Assembly (NCBI GenBank): GCA_963722755.1
Contig: CAVROJ010000006.1
Span: 102,255 to 166,254, forward strand
Direction of reading: 5' to 3'
Length of the DNA stretch: 64,000 nucleotides
Origin: an uncultured Actinomycetes bacterium
Lineage (GTDB): Bacteria > Actinomycetota > Thermoleophilia > Gaiellales > Gaiellaceae
The notes beneath the pieces are model-generated. The model was not told the DNA's origin, searched no databases, and saw nothing but the letters and a program-made list of their open reading frames with translations. The translations under genes and the position numbers were made by a program. Positions within the stretch are counted from its first letter, which is position 1; each line of letters begins with the position of its first letter. This document shows, in pieces, positions 1 to 9,810 of the stretch.

Positions 1-66
1 CGAGCCCTCGAGCATGGTCGGCGTGAGGCCGTCGATGACGACGAGGACGAGCTTGCGCGGCGTCAC
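1..66 (-). CDS. Alkaline phosphatase/nucleotide pyrophosphatase superfamily protein, N-terminus only (runs off window)
   Basis: Manual translation from GTG at 66 gives MTPRKLVLVVIDGLTPTMLEGS, with the typical 'LVVIDG' first metal-binding motif. The GTG overlaps the upstream gene's TGA. Confidence 0.6.
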   Translation of the reverse strand, partial: MTPRKLVLVVIDGLTPTMLEGS

Positions 67-480
67 TTGGCGAGCGTGCGGAGCCCGGCGTGTCGGTCGG
101 GCTCTTGCCGCGCTCGGCGGGCCGCGAGGGCGGGCACGGCCACGGCGAGCACGTAGCCGACCAGGGGGATCAGCGCGAGCAGCGCCACCGCGATCGAGGC
201 GCTCCCCACGAGGAAGGCCGTGCCGCCGGGCGTCGCGCCGCGCCGAAGCGCGCCCGCGGGCGATCACCGACGCGGAGACGGCGCCCACGAGCGCGCCGAC
301 GAGCGCGCCCGGGAGCCCGATCCAGCCCTTGACGAGGAGCCCCGCCAGCACGCCCACGGCGAGCGCCCCTACGACCGAGGTGAGGAGCCCGTACCGCCAG
401 CCGGCGAGCAGGCCGGCGAGGAGCAGGCCGGCGGCGACGCCCAGCCCGACCGTGATCCCGATCTCGTACCAGTCGCCCAC
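63..480 (-). CDS. Small hydrophobic membrane protein (one apparent indel)
   Basis: Reads MGDWYEIGITVGLGVAAGLLLAGLLAGWRYGLL...LLALIPLVGYVLAVAVPALAARRARQEPDRHAGLRTLAK*. TACAAT lies 6 nt upstream of the GTG. Confidence 0.7.
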
Positions 481-544
481 GGCCGGATTGTACGGGGCGG
501 CCGTAGCCGCCCCGTACTCCGCCGAGGGGCCCCTTCAGCTCGTG

Positions 545-1067
545 CTACCTGATGTCCGCGCGGATCTCGCCGCCCGGGAAGTCGCCCGCGCCCGTGTTGT
601 CGGGCGTCGACTCCGTCGTTGGTGTGGAGGTTGACGTAGGCGTTGCCGGTGCTCATCGCCTCGACGAGGTCGGATAGCGGATGCCCCGCCAGCGGCCCGA
701 CGAGGTTGGCCGCCGTGATCGTGCCGGTGGCGAGGACGCCGTCTGTGCGGCCCGCGCCGAACGGCCCGGGCGCAACGGCGGTCGACGGGTACAGCCAGAC
801 GACGATCGGGCCGTTCACGCCCGGAGCGTTCTGGTGGATGTGCGCCATGAACACGTTCTCGATGTTCGACGCGATCAACTGGTAGTCGAGCGAGCTTCCG
901 TCCTTCGAGAGGTGGAAGATCGCCTGGCCCTGGCCTTGCGTGTCGCGTGCAGGAACCTCCTGTGATCCGTTCGCGTGCACGCTCCAGTTCCGGTTGATGC
1001 CCGCGGCGGCGACGGTCACGCCGACGAGGCCGAGCACGAACAGACCGAGGAGCAGCCTCCCTCTCAT
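545..1067 (-). CDS. Secreted CHRD-domain protein
   Basis: Signal peptide MRGRLLLGLFVLGLVGVTVAAAG; CHRD motifs GSQEVP, AHIH, YVNLHT and, after an indel, FPGGEIR. Confidence 0.85.
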
Positions 1068-2222
1068 CGTTCTCCCCTTCGTTCTCGTGGGACGACGGAT
1101 TCGTTCGGTACTACGCGCCGTCCGCGGCCTGCGGATTGCAGCCTGTCGATCACGTCGAGGCAGAACGCGGCCGCGCGGACGCCGTCCACGACCCGGTGAT
1201 CGAAGCTCACCGAGACATTGCCGACCGGCCGGACGACGACCTGGCCGTCGCGGACGACCGGGCGCTCGGAGACGCGGTGCAGCCCGAGGATCGCGACCTC
1301 GGGATGGTTGACGAGGGGGGTCACGAAGAGCCCGCCCAGCTTCCCGGCGCTGGTGACGGTGAAGGTCGAGTCGCGAAGCTCCTGGGCGGCGAGCGTCCCT
1401 GCCCGCGCAGCCGTCGGCGAGGCGCGCCGCCTCCGAGGCGATCTCGTCCACGGTGAGGCGCTCGCAGGAGCGGACGACCGGGACGACGAGGCCGTCCTCC
1501 GTCTGGACCGCGATGCCCACGTCGACGCGCTCCAGGAGCACGATCTCGTCACCTTCGAGGCGCGCGTTGAGCTCGGGGAACCGGGCGAGAGCGCCCGCGG
1601 CCGCGTGGATCGCGAGCGGAACGAGGCGCGCGAGGTCGACGCCCGAGAAGTCGCACTCCTCGACGAACGTGACGGCCGGGACTTCCCGGTGCGTGCGCGT
1701 GACCTGCTCCACGATCGCGCGACGGATGCCGCGCACCGGGACGCGCCGGCCGGCCGCACCGCCGGCCGCGGCGCGAACGTCCGACTCCACGATCCGTCCC
1801 CCGGGGCCGCTGCCCGGCAGCCCGACAAGCTCCACGCCGAGCTGCTTGGCGAGCTGACGTACCGCCGGGGTAGCCCTCACCGCCGCCGTCGGGTCGGTGG
1901 GCACCACCGCGACGAGCGGCTCGGTGCCGCCTTCGCTCCCCGCCCTCCGCTCGCCCGGCTCGACGGCACGCAGCAGCTGCTCGCCCGCGTCGCCGATCAC
2001 GACCAGCACCGCCCCGACGGGCGCGATCTCGCCCTCCTCGACGAGGATCTTCAGCACCGTCCCGGCCCGGGGCGACGGAATCTCGACCGTCGTCTTGTCC
2101 GTCTGCACCTCGACGAACGGCTGATCCTCGTCGATGTGGTCACCCTCGGTGACGAGCCAGCGCGCGATCTCCGCCTCGGTGAGACCCTCGCCCAGGTCGG
2201 GCAGCTTGAACTCGTAGGCCAC
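1064..2222 (-). CDS. pdhC: 2-oxoacid dehydrogenase E2 dihydrolipoamide acyltransferase (indel near 1410)
   Basis: Lipoyl domain EVQTDKTTVEIPSP, E3-binding ATPAVR motif, catalytic SFDHRVVDG. Confidence 0.9.
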
Positions 2223-2280
2223 GGCGGCGCAGGATACTCAGCCTGGCTGCCGCGGCGGCCGCCGGCCGGGCTGACCGGGG

Positions 2281-3276
2281 TCAGAACGCGAGCACGCGGC
2301 GCACCGCGTCCACGACCCGCTCGACCGACGGCATGTACCAGTCCTCGAGCTGCCAGTACGGGTACGGCACGTCGTAGCCGGTGACCCGCAGCACGGGGCC
2401 GTGGAGGTCGAGGATCGCCTGCTCCGCCAGCAGCGCGGCGACCTCGGAGGCGAACCCGCACGTACGAGGAGCCTCCTGCACCACGACGCAGCGCCCCGTT
2501 CGGCGCACCGACGCGAGCAACGACTCCTCGTCGAGCGGCTTGAGGGTGCGGAGGTCCAGCACCTCGGCCGCGACCTCGCCGGCAAGCGCCTCGGCGGCCC
2601 GCTCGCACACCGCGACCATCGCGCCCCAGGCGACGAGCGTCACGTCGGTGCCTGCGCGCGCCACGCGCGCCCGACCGAGCTCGACGAGATGCTCCCCCTC
2701 CGGCACCGCGCCGCGCGCGGTCCGGTAGACGAGCTTGGGCTCGAGGACGACGACCGGGTCCTGGTCGCGGATCGCAGCCGCGAGGAGGCCTTTCGCGTCG
2801 GCCGGGGTGGACGGCACGGCCACCTTCACGCCGGGTGTGTGCACGTAGTACGTCTCGGGCGAGTCGTCGTGCAGCTCGGGCGCCCGCACGCCGCCGCCGT
2901 AGGGCATGCGAACCACGATCGGGAACGCCATCTTCCCCCCGGTCCGCCAGCGGTAGCGCCCGACGTGGGTGATCAGCTGGTCGAGGCACGGGTACGAGAA
3001 CGCGTCGTACTGCATCTCCACGACCGGTCGCCAGCCCGCCATGCAGAGACCCACCGCGGCGCCGAGGATGCCCGCCTCGGAGAGCGGCGTGTCGATGCAG
3101 CGGTCCGGGCCGAACCGGTCGCGCAGGCCGGCGGTCGCCCGGAAGACGCCGCCGAGGCGGCCCACGTCCTCGCCCAGCACGAGCACCGAGTCGTCGCGGG
3201 CGAGCTCGACGTGGAGCGCGTCGTTGACCGCCTCGACCAGGAGAAGCTCGCGCGTGGCCACGGCCGTGGCGTTCAC
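2281..3276 (-). CDS. pdhB: 2-oxoacid (pyruvate/branched-chain) dehydrogenase E1 beta
   Basis: GEDVGRLGGVFRAT, DTPLSEAGI, DLRTLKPLD. Confidence 0.92.
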   Translation of the reverse strand: MNATAVATRELLLVEAVNDALHVELARDDSVLVLGEDVGRLGGVFRATAGLRDRFGPDRCIDTPLSEAGILGAAVGLCMAGWRPVVEMQYDAFSYPCLDQLITHVGRYRWRTGGKMAFPIVVRMPYGGGVRAPELHDDSPETYYVHTPGVKVAVPSTPADAKGLLAAAIRDQDPVVVLEPKLVYRTARGAVPEGEHLVELGRARVARAGTDVTLVAWGAMVAVCERAAEALAGEVAAEVLDLRTLKPLDEESLLASVRRTGRCVVVQEAPRTCGFASEVAALLAEQAILDLHGPVLRVTGYDVPYPYWQLEDWYMPSVERVVDAVRRVLAF

Positions 3277-4325
3277 CCGTGCACCCGCCGGAGCTCGTCG
3301 AGGTCCCGCGCGAGGGAGGCCGGCGGATCGGCGTAGGCGTGGGAGAAGATGAGCTCCGGGTCGCCCGCCGGCTCGTCCTCGGCCTGCTGGATCCCGGCGC
3401 GCATCGTGGCGAGCGCATCTGCCCGGACCGCCTCCGCCCGTTCCTCGTCGAGCAGACCCAGGCGTTTCAGGTAGGCCTCGAAGAGCGTGATGCAGTCGCG
3501 CTCCTGCTCGGCGGCGACGCGATCGGGATCGATGTACATGCTCGGGTCGTCCGCCGTCGCGTGCGGCGCCGACCGGTACGTCACCGCCTCGACGAAGGTC
3601 GGGCCGTCACCCGCACGGGCCCTCGCGACCCCTTCTCGCACGGCCTCGAAAACGGCGAGGACGTCGTGCCCGTCCACGCGGATCCCAGGCATCCCGTACC
3701 CGATCGCCTTGTCCGCGAGGCGCGCGGCTGCGGTCTGCGCGCTGAGCGGCGTCGAGATCGCCCACTGGTTGTTGTTGCAGACGAGGACGAGCGGCGCGCG
3801 TACGACTCCTGCCAGGTTGGCCCCTTCGTGAAACGCGCCCTCGGACGTCGCCCCGTCGCCGAACAGGACGGCGGCAACCGCGTCCGACCCCTTGAGCGCG
3901 AGACCCCACGCGAGCCCCGCGGCGTGCGGGACCTGCGTGGCGATCGGGACGCAGATGGAGGCGACGTTGACGTCCGCCGGGTTCCACCACCCCGAGGGGT
4001 GGCCGCGCCACCACTGCAGGATGGTCGCGGCCGACAGGCCGCGGAGGAGGCCGATCGCCGAGTCGCGGTAGCTGGGGAAGATCCAGTCGCGCTCCTCGAG
4101 CGCGTGGACGAGACCCGCCTGGATCGCCTCGTGCCCACGGAAGATCGCGTACGTCCCGATCCTGCCCTGGCTGTGGTAGACGACCGAGCGCTCGTCGTAG
4201 CTGCGCAGCAGGACGAGCGAGCGGTGGAGCGCGAGCAGCGCGTCGTCGTCGAGCGCGTCGAGCCTTCGATCGGGCTCGCCGTCCACTCCGATCACACGCC
4301 GCAGGCCCTGCTCGACGACACTCAT
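3273..4325 (-). CDS. pdhA: 2-oxoacid dehydrogenase E1 alpha
   Basis: ThDP motif GDGATSEG...NNQWAIS and HATADDP. Start placed at MSVVEQ. Confidence 0.9.
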   Translation of the reverse strand: MSVVEQGLRRVIGVDGEPDRRLDALDDDALLALHRSLVLLRSYDERSVVYHSQGRIGTYAIFRGHEAIQAGLVHALEERDWIFPSYRDSAIGLLRGLSAATILQWWRGHPSGWWNPADVNVASICVPIATQVPHAAGLAWGLALKGSDAVAAVLFGDGATSEGAFHEGANLAGVVRAPLVLVCNNNQWAISTPLSAQTAAARLADKAIGYGMPGIRVDGHDVLAVFEAVREGVARARAGDGPTFVEAVTYRSAPHATADDPSMYIDPDRVAAEQERDCITLFEAYLKRLGLLDEERAEAVRADALATMRAGIQQAEDEPAGDPELIFSHAYADPPASLARDLDELRRVHG

Positions 4326-4391
4326 CACCGGAAGTGAAACAACGTTTCTCTTTTGGCGCAAATCCACCGCGGCACGCTCGGGGCGTCGAGC

Positions 4392-4416
4392 GGTGTCAGA
4401 CACCGAAAGCTGTCAA
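4392..4416 (-). promoter_or_regulatory. pdhA-direction -35 (TTGACA) plus palindromic operator GGTGTCTGACACC
   Basis: Minus strand reads TTGACA-GCTTTC-GGTGTCTGACACC; the same layout recurs at 4524-4548. Confidence 0.6.
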
Positions 4417-4523
4417 GCGGGGCCCGCCATCTGTGGACACCCGGCGCCGCGATCCGCCGACGTCACCGGCCCCCTTGCCTCCCGGCTGTGGAGCGATCGG
4501 CACGAAGTCGGCGCATGCCCCCC

Positions 4524-4548
4524 TTGACGGAAAATGGTGTCTGACACC
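4524..4548 (+). promoter_or_regulatory. Regulator-direction -35 (TTGACG) plus identical palindromic operator
   Basis: TTGACG-GAAAAT-GGTGTCTGACACC upstream of the FadR-family gene. Confidence 0.6.
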
Positions 4549-4598
4549 GGTGGCGCCCGCCATCCCGCATCCCCGCGAACCCTGCGAGACTGCCGCCC

Positions 4599-5357
4599 AT
4601 GCCGCCTCCGATGGCCTTCGACGTGGAGCCGGTCCGCGCGACGCGGACGTTCGAGGCCGCGATCGAGCACCTCACCGAGGCGATCGAGCGGGCCGGGTTG
4701 CGCACGGGCGACCGCCTTCCCAACGAGGGCACGCTCGCCGAGCAGCTCGGCATCTCGAAGCCGACTTTGCGGCAGGCGTTGCGGGTGCTCGAGCTGTCAG
4801 GGCTCGTCCAGGTGCGCCGGGGGAAGTCCGGAGGCATCTTCGTCGCGACCGACCTCGTCCCGTCCGTCGCGATCTTCACCGCGGTGAAGCTCGAGGAGGC
4901 CGCGGCGGTCGACGTCCTGCGGGCGCGCCGCGTGCTCGAGCGGGCGGTCGTCCACGAGGCGATGCGCACGGCGACGGCCGCCGACCTCGTCGAGCTCGAG
5001 CGGACGGTCGACCTGCTCGAGCGCCATCTCGGCGAGCGGCCGAGCGTGATGCGGGCCGACGCGATGTTCCACCGCGCGCTCGTGAGGAGCTGCCGCAACG
5101 AGACGATCCGGGCCGCGATGCGCGGGGTCGGCCGCGGGCTGGCCCCGATCAGGGACGCGTACTCCGGAGGCGTGGCCTACGACCGCCAGACGCTCGACGT
5201 GCACCGCCGCCAGATCGCCGCCATGCGGCGGCGTGACGAGGATGCGCTGGAGAAGGTGCTCGACGAGCACTTCCGCATGCTCGAGACGCAGTTCGCGAAG
5301 GGCATCGGCAGGCGCTGGTCGGACCTCTTCGGCCCTCGCGCACGCCGCACCACGTGA
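4599..5357 (+). CDS. GntR/FadR-family transcriptional regulator (FCD domain)
   Basis: GDRLPNEGTLAEQLGISKPTLRQALRVLE winged HTH; DAMFHRAL FCD motif. Confidence 0.92.
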   Translation: MPPPMAFDVEPVRATRTFEAAIEHLTEAIERAGLRTGDRLPNEGTLAEQLGISKPTLRQALRVLELSGLVQVRRGKSGGIFVATDLVPSVAIFTAVKLEEAAAVDVLRARRVLERAVVHEAMRTATAADLVELERTVDLLERHLGERPSVMRADAMFHRALVRSCRNETIRAAMRGVGRGLAPIRDAYSGGVAYDRQTLDVHRRQIAAMRRRDEDALEKVLDEHFRMLETQFAKGIGRRWSDLFGPRARRTT

Positions 5358-5400
5358 CGACGCAGTCGCTGCGTGTCGCGCCGCGCGAGTGTCGGTGCGC

Positions 5401-6281
5401 CTACCGACCGGGAACCAGAGCCGTGACCGCGTGGGGCTCGGTCTCGAACACCGCGTGCTCGACGTCGCCCAGGTCCTCGCCGTCGACCTGGAGCGGCATC
5501 GGCGCGTCGCAGCGGATGACGATCCGGTCGACGTCGTGGAGAACGGTGAGACCGGGCCGAGGCCGGGCGCCGCGGGACATCTCGAGCAGAAGCCGGGGCA
5601 GGTCGCGGGCCCGCAGCGAGGCGGGAGCGACGAGGTCGAGCCCGAGGTCGAACGACGCGCCCCTGGCGACCCGCACCGGGACCCGGCCCGCGTACGTGTA
5701 GGGGTCGCAGTTCGCGACGAGCGCGAACGCGGCCCGGCCGGCACCTTCGATCTCGAGCGCGTCCGGGAAGATCCCCGCGGCGCGACGTGACGAGGCCGAT
5801 CGCCGTCCGCACGAAGGCGAGGTCGCCCGGGCGGCGCCCGTCGGCGCGTCGGCCCTTCGCGTCGATGCGGCGGACGAGCTCGGCGTCGAATCCGACGCCG
5901 GCGTTGAACGAGAAGCGGCGACCGTTCACGCGCCCGAGGCCGATCGGACGGGTGGCACCGCGCGCCGCCACACGCGCCGCGACGACCGGATCGCGGCCGA
6001 GCCCGAGCGCGCGCGGCAGCACGCTCGTCCCTCCTCCGGGCAGGAACCCGAGCGGGATCGTGCCCGCCACGCCGTTCAGCACCTCGTTGTACGTCCCGTC
6101 GCCGGAGAGCACGTAGATCGCCTCGACCGACGGCTCGTGCTCGGCGCGCGATCGTGGTCGCCTCGCCCGGCCCGCCCGTGCGAACGACCTCGAGCCGGTC
6201 GGGCAGCTCCTCGACGACGCGCGCGACGAGCTCCTCCGAGACGCCGCTCGCCTGTGGGTTGACGATGAGCAGCGCGCCCAC
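5401..6281 (-). CDS. Diacylglycerol kinase family lipid kinase (indels)
   Basis: LIVNPQAS, SGDGTYNEVLNG, LPGGGTSV, LQVDGE motifs across frames. Confidence 0.85.
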
Positions 6282-6292
6282 GAGCCGACAGC

Positions 6293-6874
6293 CTACGCAG
6301 GGCGCGTCGCGTACCCCCGGACGCCGTCGAGCAGGATCGCGAAGAAGCGGTCGGCGAGCGCCTCCGTGTCGGCCCCGGGCCGGATCCAGGTGTACGCCCA
6401 GTTCGCCGCCGAGAGCACGAGCAGCACGGCCGCCGGGACATCGAGGTCGGAGCGGAGCGCGCCGCGCTCGGCCGCTTCCCGCAGGAGGTCGCCCCAGCGC
6501 TCCTCGTAGCGACGGCGCTCGGCGCGGAACGCCGTCCGCTCGGGCTCCTCGAGGAACCGCCACTCGCGGGTGAACACCGTCGCCGCGTCGACCTGGGCCG
6601 CCACGACCGCGAGGTGCCCGCGCAGCGCCCAGCGGATCCGGTCGAGGGGCGCCTCGTCGGCCTCGGGTACCGCGTCGAGCGCCGCGTGAAAGGCCGCCGC
6701 ACCTTCCCGCGTGACGAGGACGAGCAGCTCCTGCTTGGAGCCGGTGAGCGAGTAGAGCGAGCCCTTCTGGACGCCCATCGCCTCGGCCAGGTCGGCCATG
6801 GACGTGCCGTGATAGCCCCGCTCTGCGAACAGCCGGGCGGCGACGGAGACCAGCTCCTCGCGCCTGGTGGCCAT
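6293..6874 (-). CDS. TetR-family regulator (PaaR/KstR2-like), divergent from paaA
   Basis: RREELVSVAARLFAERGYHGTSMADLAEAMGVQKGSLY HTH. Confidence 0.9.
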   Translation of the reverse strand: MATRREELVSVAARLFAERGYHGTSMADLAEAMGVQKGSLYSLTGSKQELLVLVTREGAAAFHAALDAVPEADEAPLDRIRWALRGHLAVVAAQVDAATVFTREWRFLEEPERTAFRAERRRYEERWGDLLREAAERGALRSDLDVPAAVLLVLSAANWAYTWIRPGADTEALADRFFAILLDGVRGYATRPA

Positions 6875-6878
6875 TCGG

Positions 6879-6904
6879 ACGATGCTACCGTTCGGTAGCA
6901 TCGT
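6879..6904. promoter_or_regulatory. Perfect inverted repeat: probable TetR operator overlapping two divergent -10 boxes
   Basis: ACGATGCTACCG-TT-CGGTAGCATCGT. TAGCAT on each strand sits 7 nt before the tetR ATG and the paaA GTG. Confidence 0.7.
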
Positions 6905-6908
6905 GGGT

Positions 6909-7808
6909 GTGGACGCCCGCACCGAGGAGTTCCTGGCGCACGTCCAGTCCGGCGGCCTCGTGGAGACCGGCGACTGGATGCCGGACGAGTACCGCAAGCG
7001 ACTGACGAAGTTCGTCGAGATGCACGCGAACTCGGAGCTGATGGGCGTCCTTCCGGAGCGCGACTGGATCCTCCGCGCGCCCACGCTCCAGCGCAAGCTG
7101 GCGCTCACCGCGAAGATCCAGGACGAGGTCGGGCACGCGCAGCTCCTCTATCGCGTCGTCGAGGACCTCGGAAAGCCGCGCGACGCCTGCCTCGACGACC
7201 TGATCGCCGGGCGCTCGAAGTTCCACAACGTGTTCCACTACCCGACGCGGACCTGGGGCGACGTCGGCGTGATCGCGTGGCTCGTCGACGCGGCCGCGAT
7301 CATCTCCCAGAAGGCGCTCCTCAAGTGCTCCTACGCGCCGTACGCGCGGATCATGCGGAAGATCTGCTGGGAGGAGTCGTTCCACATCCTCCACGGCCGC
7401 GACGTGATCCTGACGCTCGTGACCGGCACGGACGGCCAGCGCGAGCTCGTCCAGGAGGCGCTCGACCGCTGGTGGGAGCCGCTGATGATGTTCCACGGCA
7501 ACCCGATCCCCGCCGACGAGGACCCGATGGTGCACTGGCGGATCAAGAGCCAGGCGAACGAGGAGGCGCGACAGCAGTTCCTCGAGGGCTACGTGCCGCA
7601 GGTGTGGGAGCTCGGGCTGACCCTGCCCGACCCGAAGCTCCGCCGTACCGACGACGGCGTCTGGGAGTACACGGAGCCCGACTGGGAGAAGCTGATGGCG
7701 GTCGTCTCGGGGAACGGGCCCGCGTCGGCCGAGCGGCTCGCGTTCCGGCGGCTCTCCCGCGCGGAGGTCGACTGGGTCTCGCGCGCGGTGCTCGCCGAGG
7801 CGGCGTGA
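6909..7808 (+). CDS. paaA: Phenylacetyl-CoA epoxidase subunit A
   Basis: DWMPDEYRK, HANSELMG, AKIQDEVGHA, KFHNVFHYP, EESFH di-iron motifs. Confidence 0.93.
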   Translation: MDARTEEFLAHVQSGGLVETGDWMPDEYRKRLTKFVEMHANSELMGVLPERDWILRAPTLQRKLALTAKIQDEVGHAQLLYRVVEDLGKPRDACLDDLIAGRSKFHNVFHYPTRTWGDVGVIAWLVDAAAIISQKALLKCSYAPYARIMRKICWEESFHILHGRDVILTLVTGTDGQRELVQEALDRWWEPLMMFHGNPIPADEDPMVHWRIKSQANEEARQQFLEGYVPQVWELGLTLPDPKLRRTDDGVWEYTEPDWEKLMAVVSGNGPASAERLAFRRLSRAEVDWVSRAVLAEAA

Positions 7809-8093
7809 CCACACAGGTCTTCGAGGTGTTCCGGCGCGAGCGCGCGGGAGCCGCGATGCAGCACGCCGGCTCGGTCGTCGCCCCGGACGAGCGCTTCGCC
7901 GAGATCTACGCCCGCGAGCAGTACGGCCGCCGCGGCGAGTCCGAGGCGCTCTGGCTCGTGCCGCGCGACGGCCGTCGACGAGATCGAGGAGTTCGTCGAC
8001 GAGTTCGACCTCAAGTACCGGCGGGTCGACGGGTACTCGATCAAGGAGCGGCTGAAGGAGGCGCGTGCGGCCGCCGAGGGCGGACGACCATGA
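7805..8093 (+). CDS. paaB: Phenylacetyl-CoA epoxidase subunit B (indel)
   Basis: VFEVFRR...HAGSVVAPD...AREQYGRRGESEALWLVPR; GTGA/ATGA overlaps with neighbours. Confidence 0.85.
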
Positions 8094-8760
8094 GCGAGCG
8101 TCGACCTCCTGCTCACGCTGGCCGACGACGAGCTGATCCTCGGCTGGCGGAACTCGGAGTGGACCGGGATCGCGCCGTTCCTCGAGGAGGACGTCGCGTT
8201 CTCGTCGATCGCGCAGAACGAGATCGGCCACGCGCGGGCGCTGTACGAGCTCGCCGCGCGCGAGCTCGGCACGGACGCCGACGCGCTCGCGTTCGACCGG
8301 CCGCTCGACGAGTACCGCTCCGCGCCGCTCGTCGAGCTGCGCCGGCTCGAGTGGGCGCGGACGATCGCGCGCCACTGGCTCTACGAGACCGCCGACGCGA
8401 TCCGGCTCGAGGCGCTCAAGGGCTCCGACGACCCCGAGATCGCCGGCATCGCGGCGAAGATCGACCGCGAGGAGGTCTACCACCGCATCCACGCCGAGAT
8501 GTGGATCGACCGGCTGCTCGGCTCGGAGGAGGGCCGTGCGCGGCTCGACGAGGCGCTCGACGAGCTCTGGCCCTACGCGCTCGGCGTGCTCGACGACGAG
8601 CTGCGCGCCCGAGCTCGTGCGGCGCGTCGAGGCGAAGCTCGGCGGCCGCTGCCGGACGCCGAGCCGGTGACCGCGCGGCCGCCACGAGGCGGAGCTCGCC
8701 GAGCTGCTCGAGGAGATGACGATGGTGCGCCGCTCGGCTCCCGCCGGAGCGCGGTGGTGA
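8090..8760 (+). CDS. paaC: Phenylacetyl-CoA epoxidase subunit C (indels)
   Basis: LADDELILGWRNSEWTGIAPFLEEDVAFSSIAQNEIGHAR, KIDREEVYH. Confidence 0.9.
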
Positions 8761-9288
8761 GCCGTCCTGGCGAGCAAGCTCGTGTTGATCGACACGAGCG
8801 CCTCCGACGACCGCCGTCTGGCGGGCGCGCTGCGCGGCGATCCCCGACCCGGAGATCCCGGTGATCTCGATCGTCGACCTCGGCGTCGTCAAGGACGTCC
8901 GGGTCGACGGGCGAGCGGGTGCAGGTCGACTTCACGCCGACGTTCATGGGCTGCCCGGCGCTCGAGACGATGCGCCGCAGATGGAGGACGCGATCCGCGG
9001 CGCTCGGCGCCGAGCCGGACGTCCACGTCGTCCTCGACGACTCGTGGTCGACCGACCGGATCACGCCCGGAGGGCCGCGAGAAGCTCCGCGCCGCCGGCT
9101 TCGCGCCGCCCGCCCCGCGCAGCGCCGGCGCGCCGACGCTCGTCCAGCTCGAGCGCGGCCCGTTCCGCTGCCCGTGGTGCGGCTCGACGGACACGAAGCT
9201 CGAGAACGTCTTCGGCCCGACGCCGTGCCGCTCGCTCCGCTACTGCAACGCCTGCCGCCAGCCGTTCGAGCAGTTCAAGACGATCTAG
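8757..9288 (+). CDS. paaD: Phenylacetyl-CoA epoxidase subunit D (indels)
   Basis: [30 protein letters not shown]...FGPTPCRS...[12 protein letters not shown]. Confidence 0.88.
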
Positions 9289-9307
9289 AGGCTGATGCCA
9301 CGAGCCC

Positions 9308-9810
9308 GTGCGTGTCGGGCTGATCGCCGACACCCACGGCCTGCTCCGCCCCGAGGTCGCCGCCGCATTCGACGCCGTCGAGCACATCGTCCACGCCGGC
9401 GACGTGGGCTCGCTCGAGGTCCTCGAGGGCTTGAGCGCGATCGCGCCGGTCACCGCGGTCTGGGGCAACGTGGACGGTCCCGAGCTGCGCGCGGTGCTGC
9501 CCGGAGGTGGCCAGGGTGGCTCTCGGCGGCGCGCGCGTGGTCGTCGTGCACGGCGACCAGCTCGGCTCTCCGACGCCCGAGCGGGTCGCCGCCGCTCATG
9601 CCGGGTGCCGATCTCGTCGTCTTCGGCCACTCCCACCGGCCGCTGATCGATCGCGTCGGCGACGTCCTGGCCGTCAACCCGGGGAGCGCCGGGCGCCGCC
9701 GATTCTCCAGCCCCGTCAGCGTCGCCCTTGCCGATCTCGAGGCCGGCTCGGTCAGCGCCCGACTCGTCACGCTCGGCGGCGAGCGCGGGACCGCGCCATA
9801 CTCGCGCTGA
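9308..9810 (+). CDS. YfcE-like metallophosphoesterase (indel)
   Basis: IADTHG, HAGDVG, VWGNVD, FGHSH, NPGSAG motifs. Confidence 0.88.
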
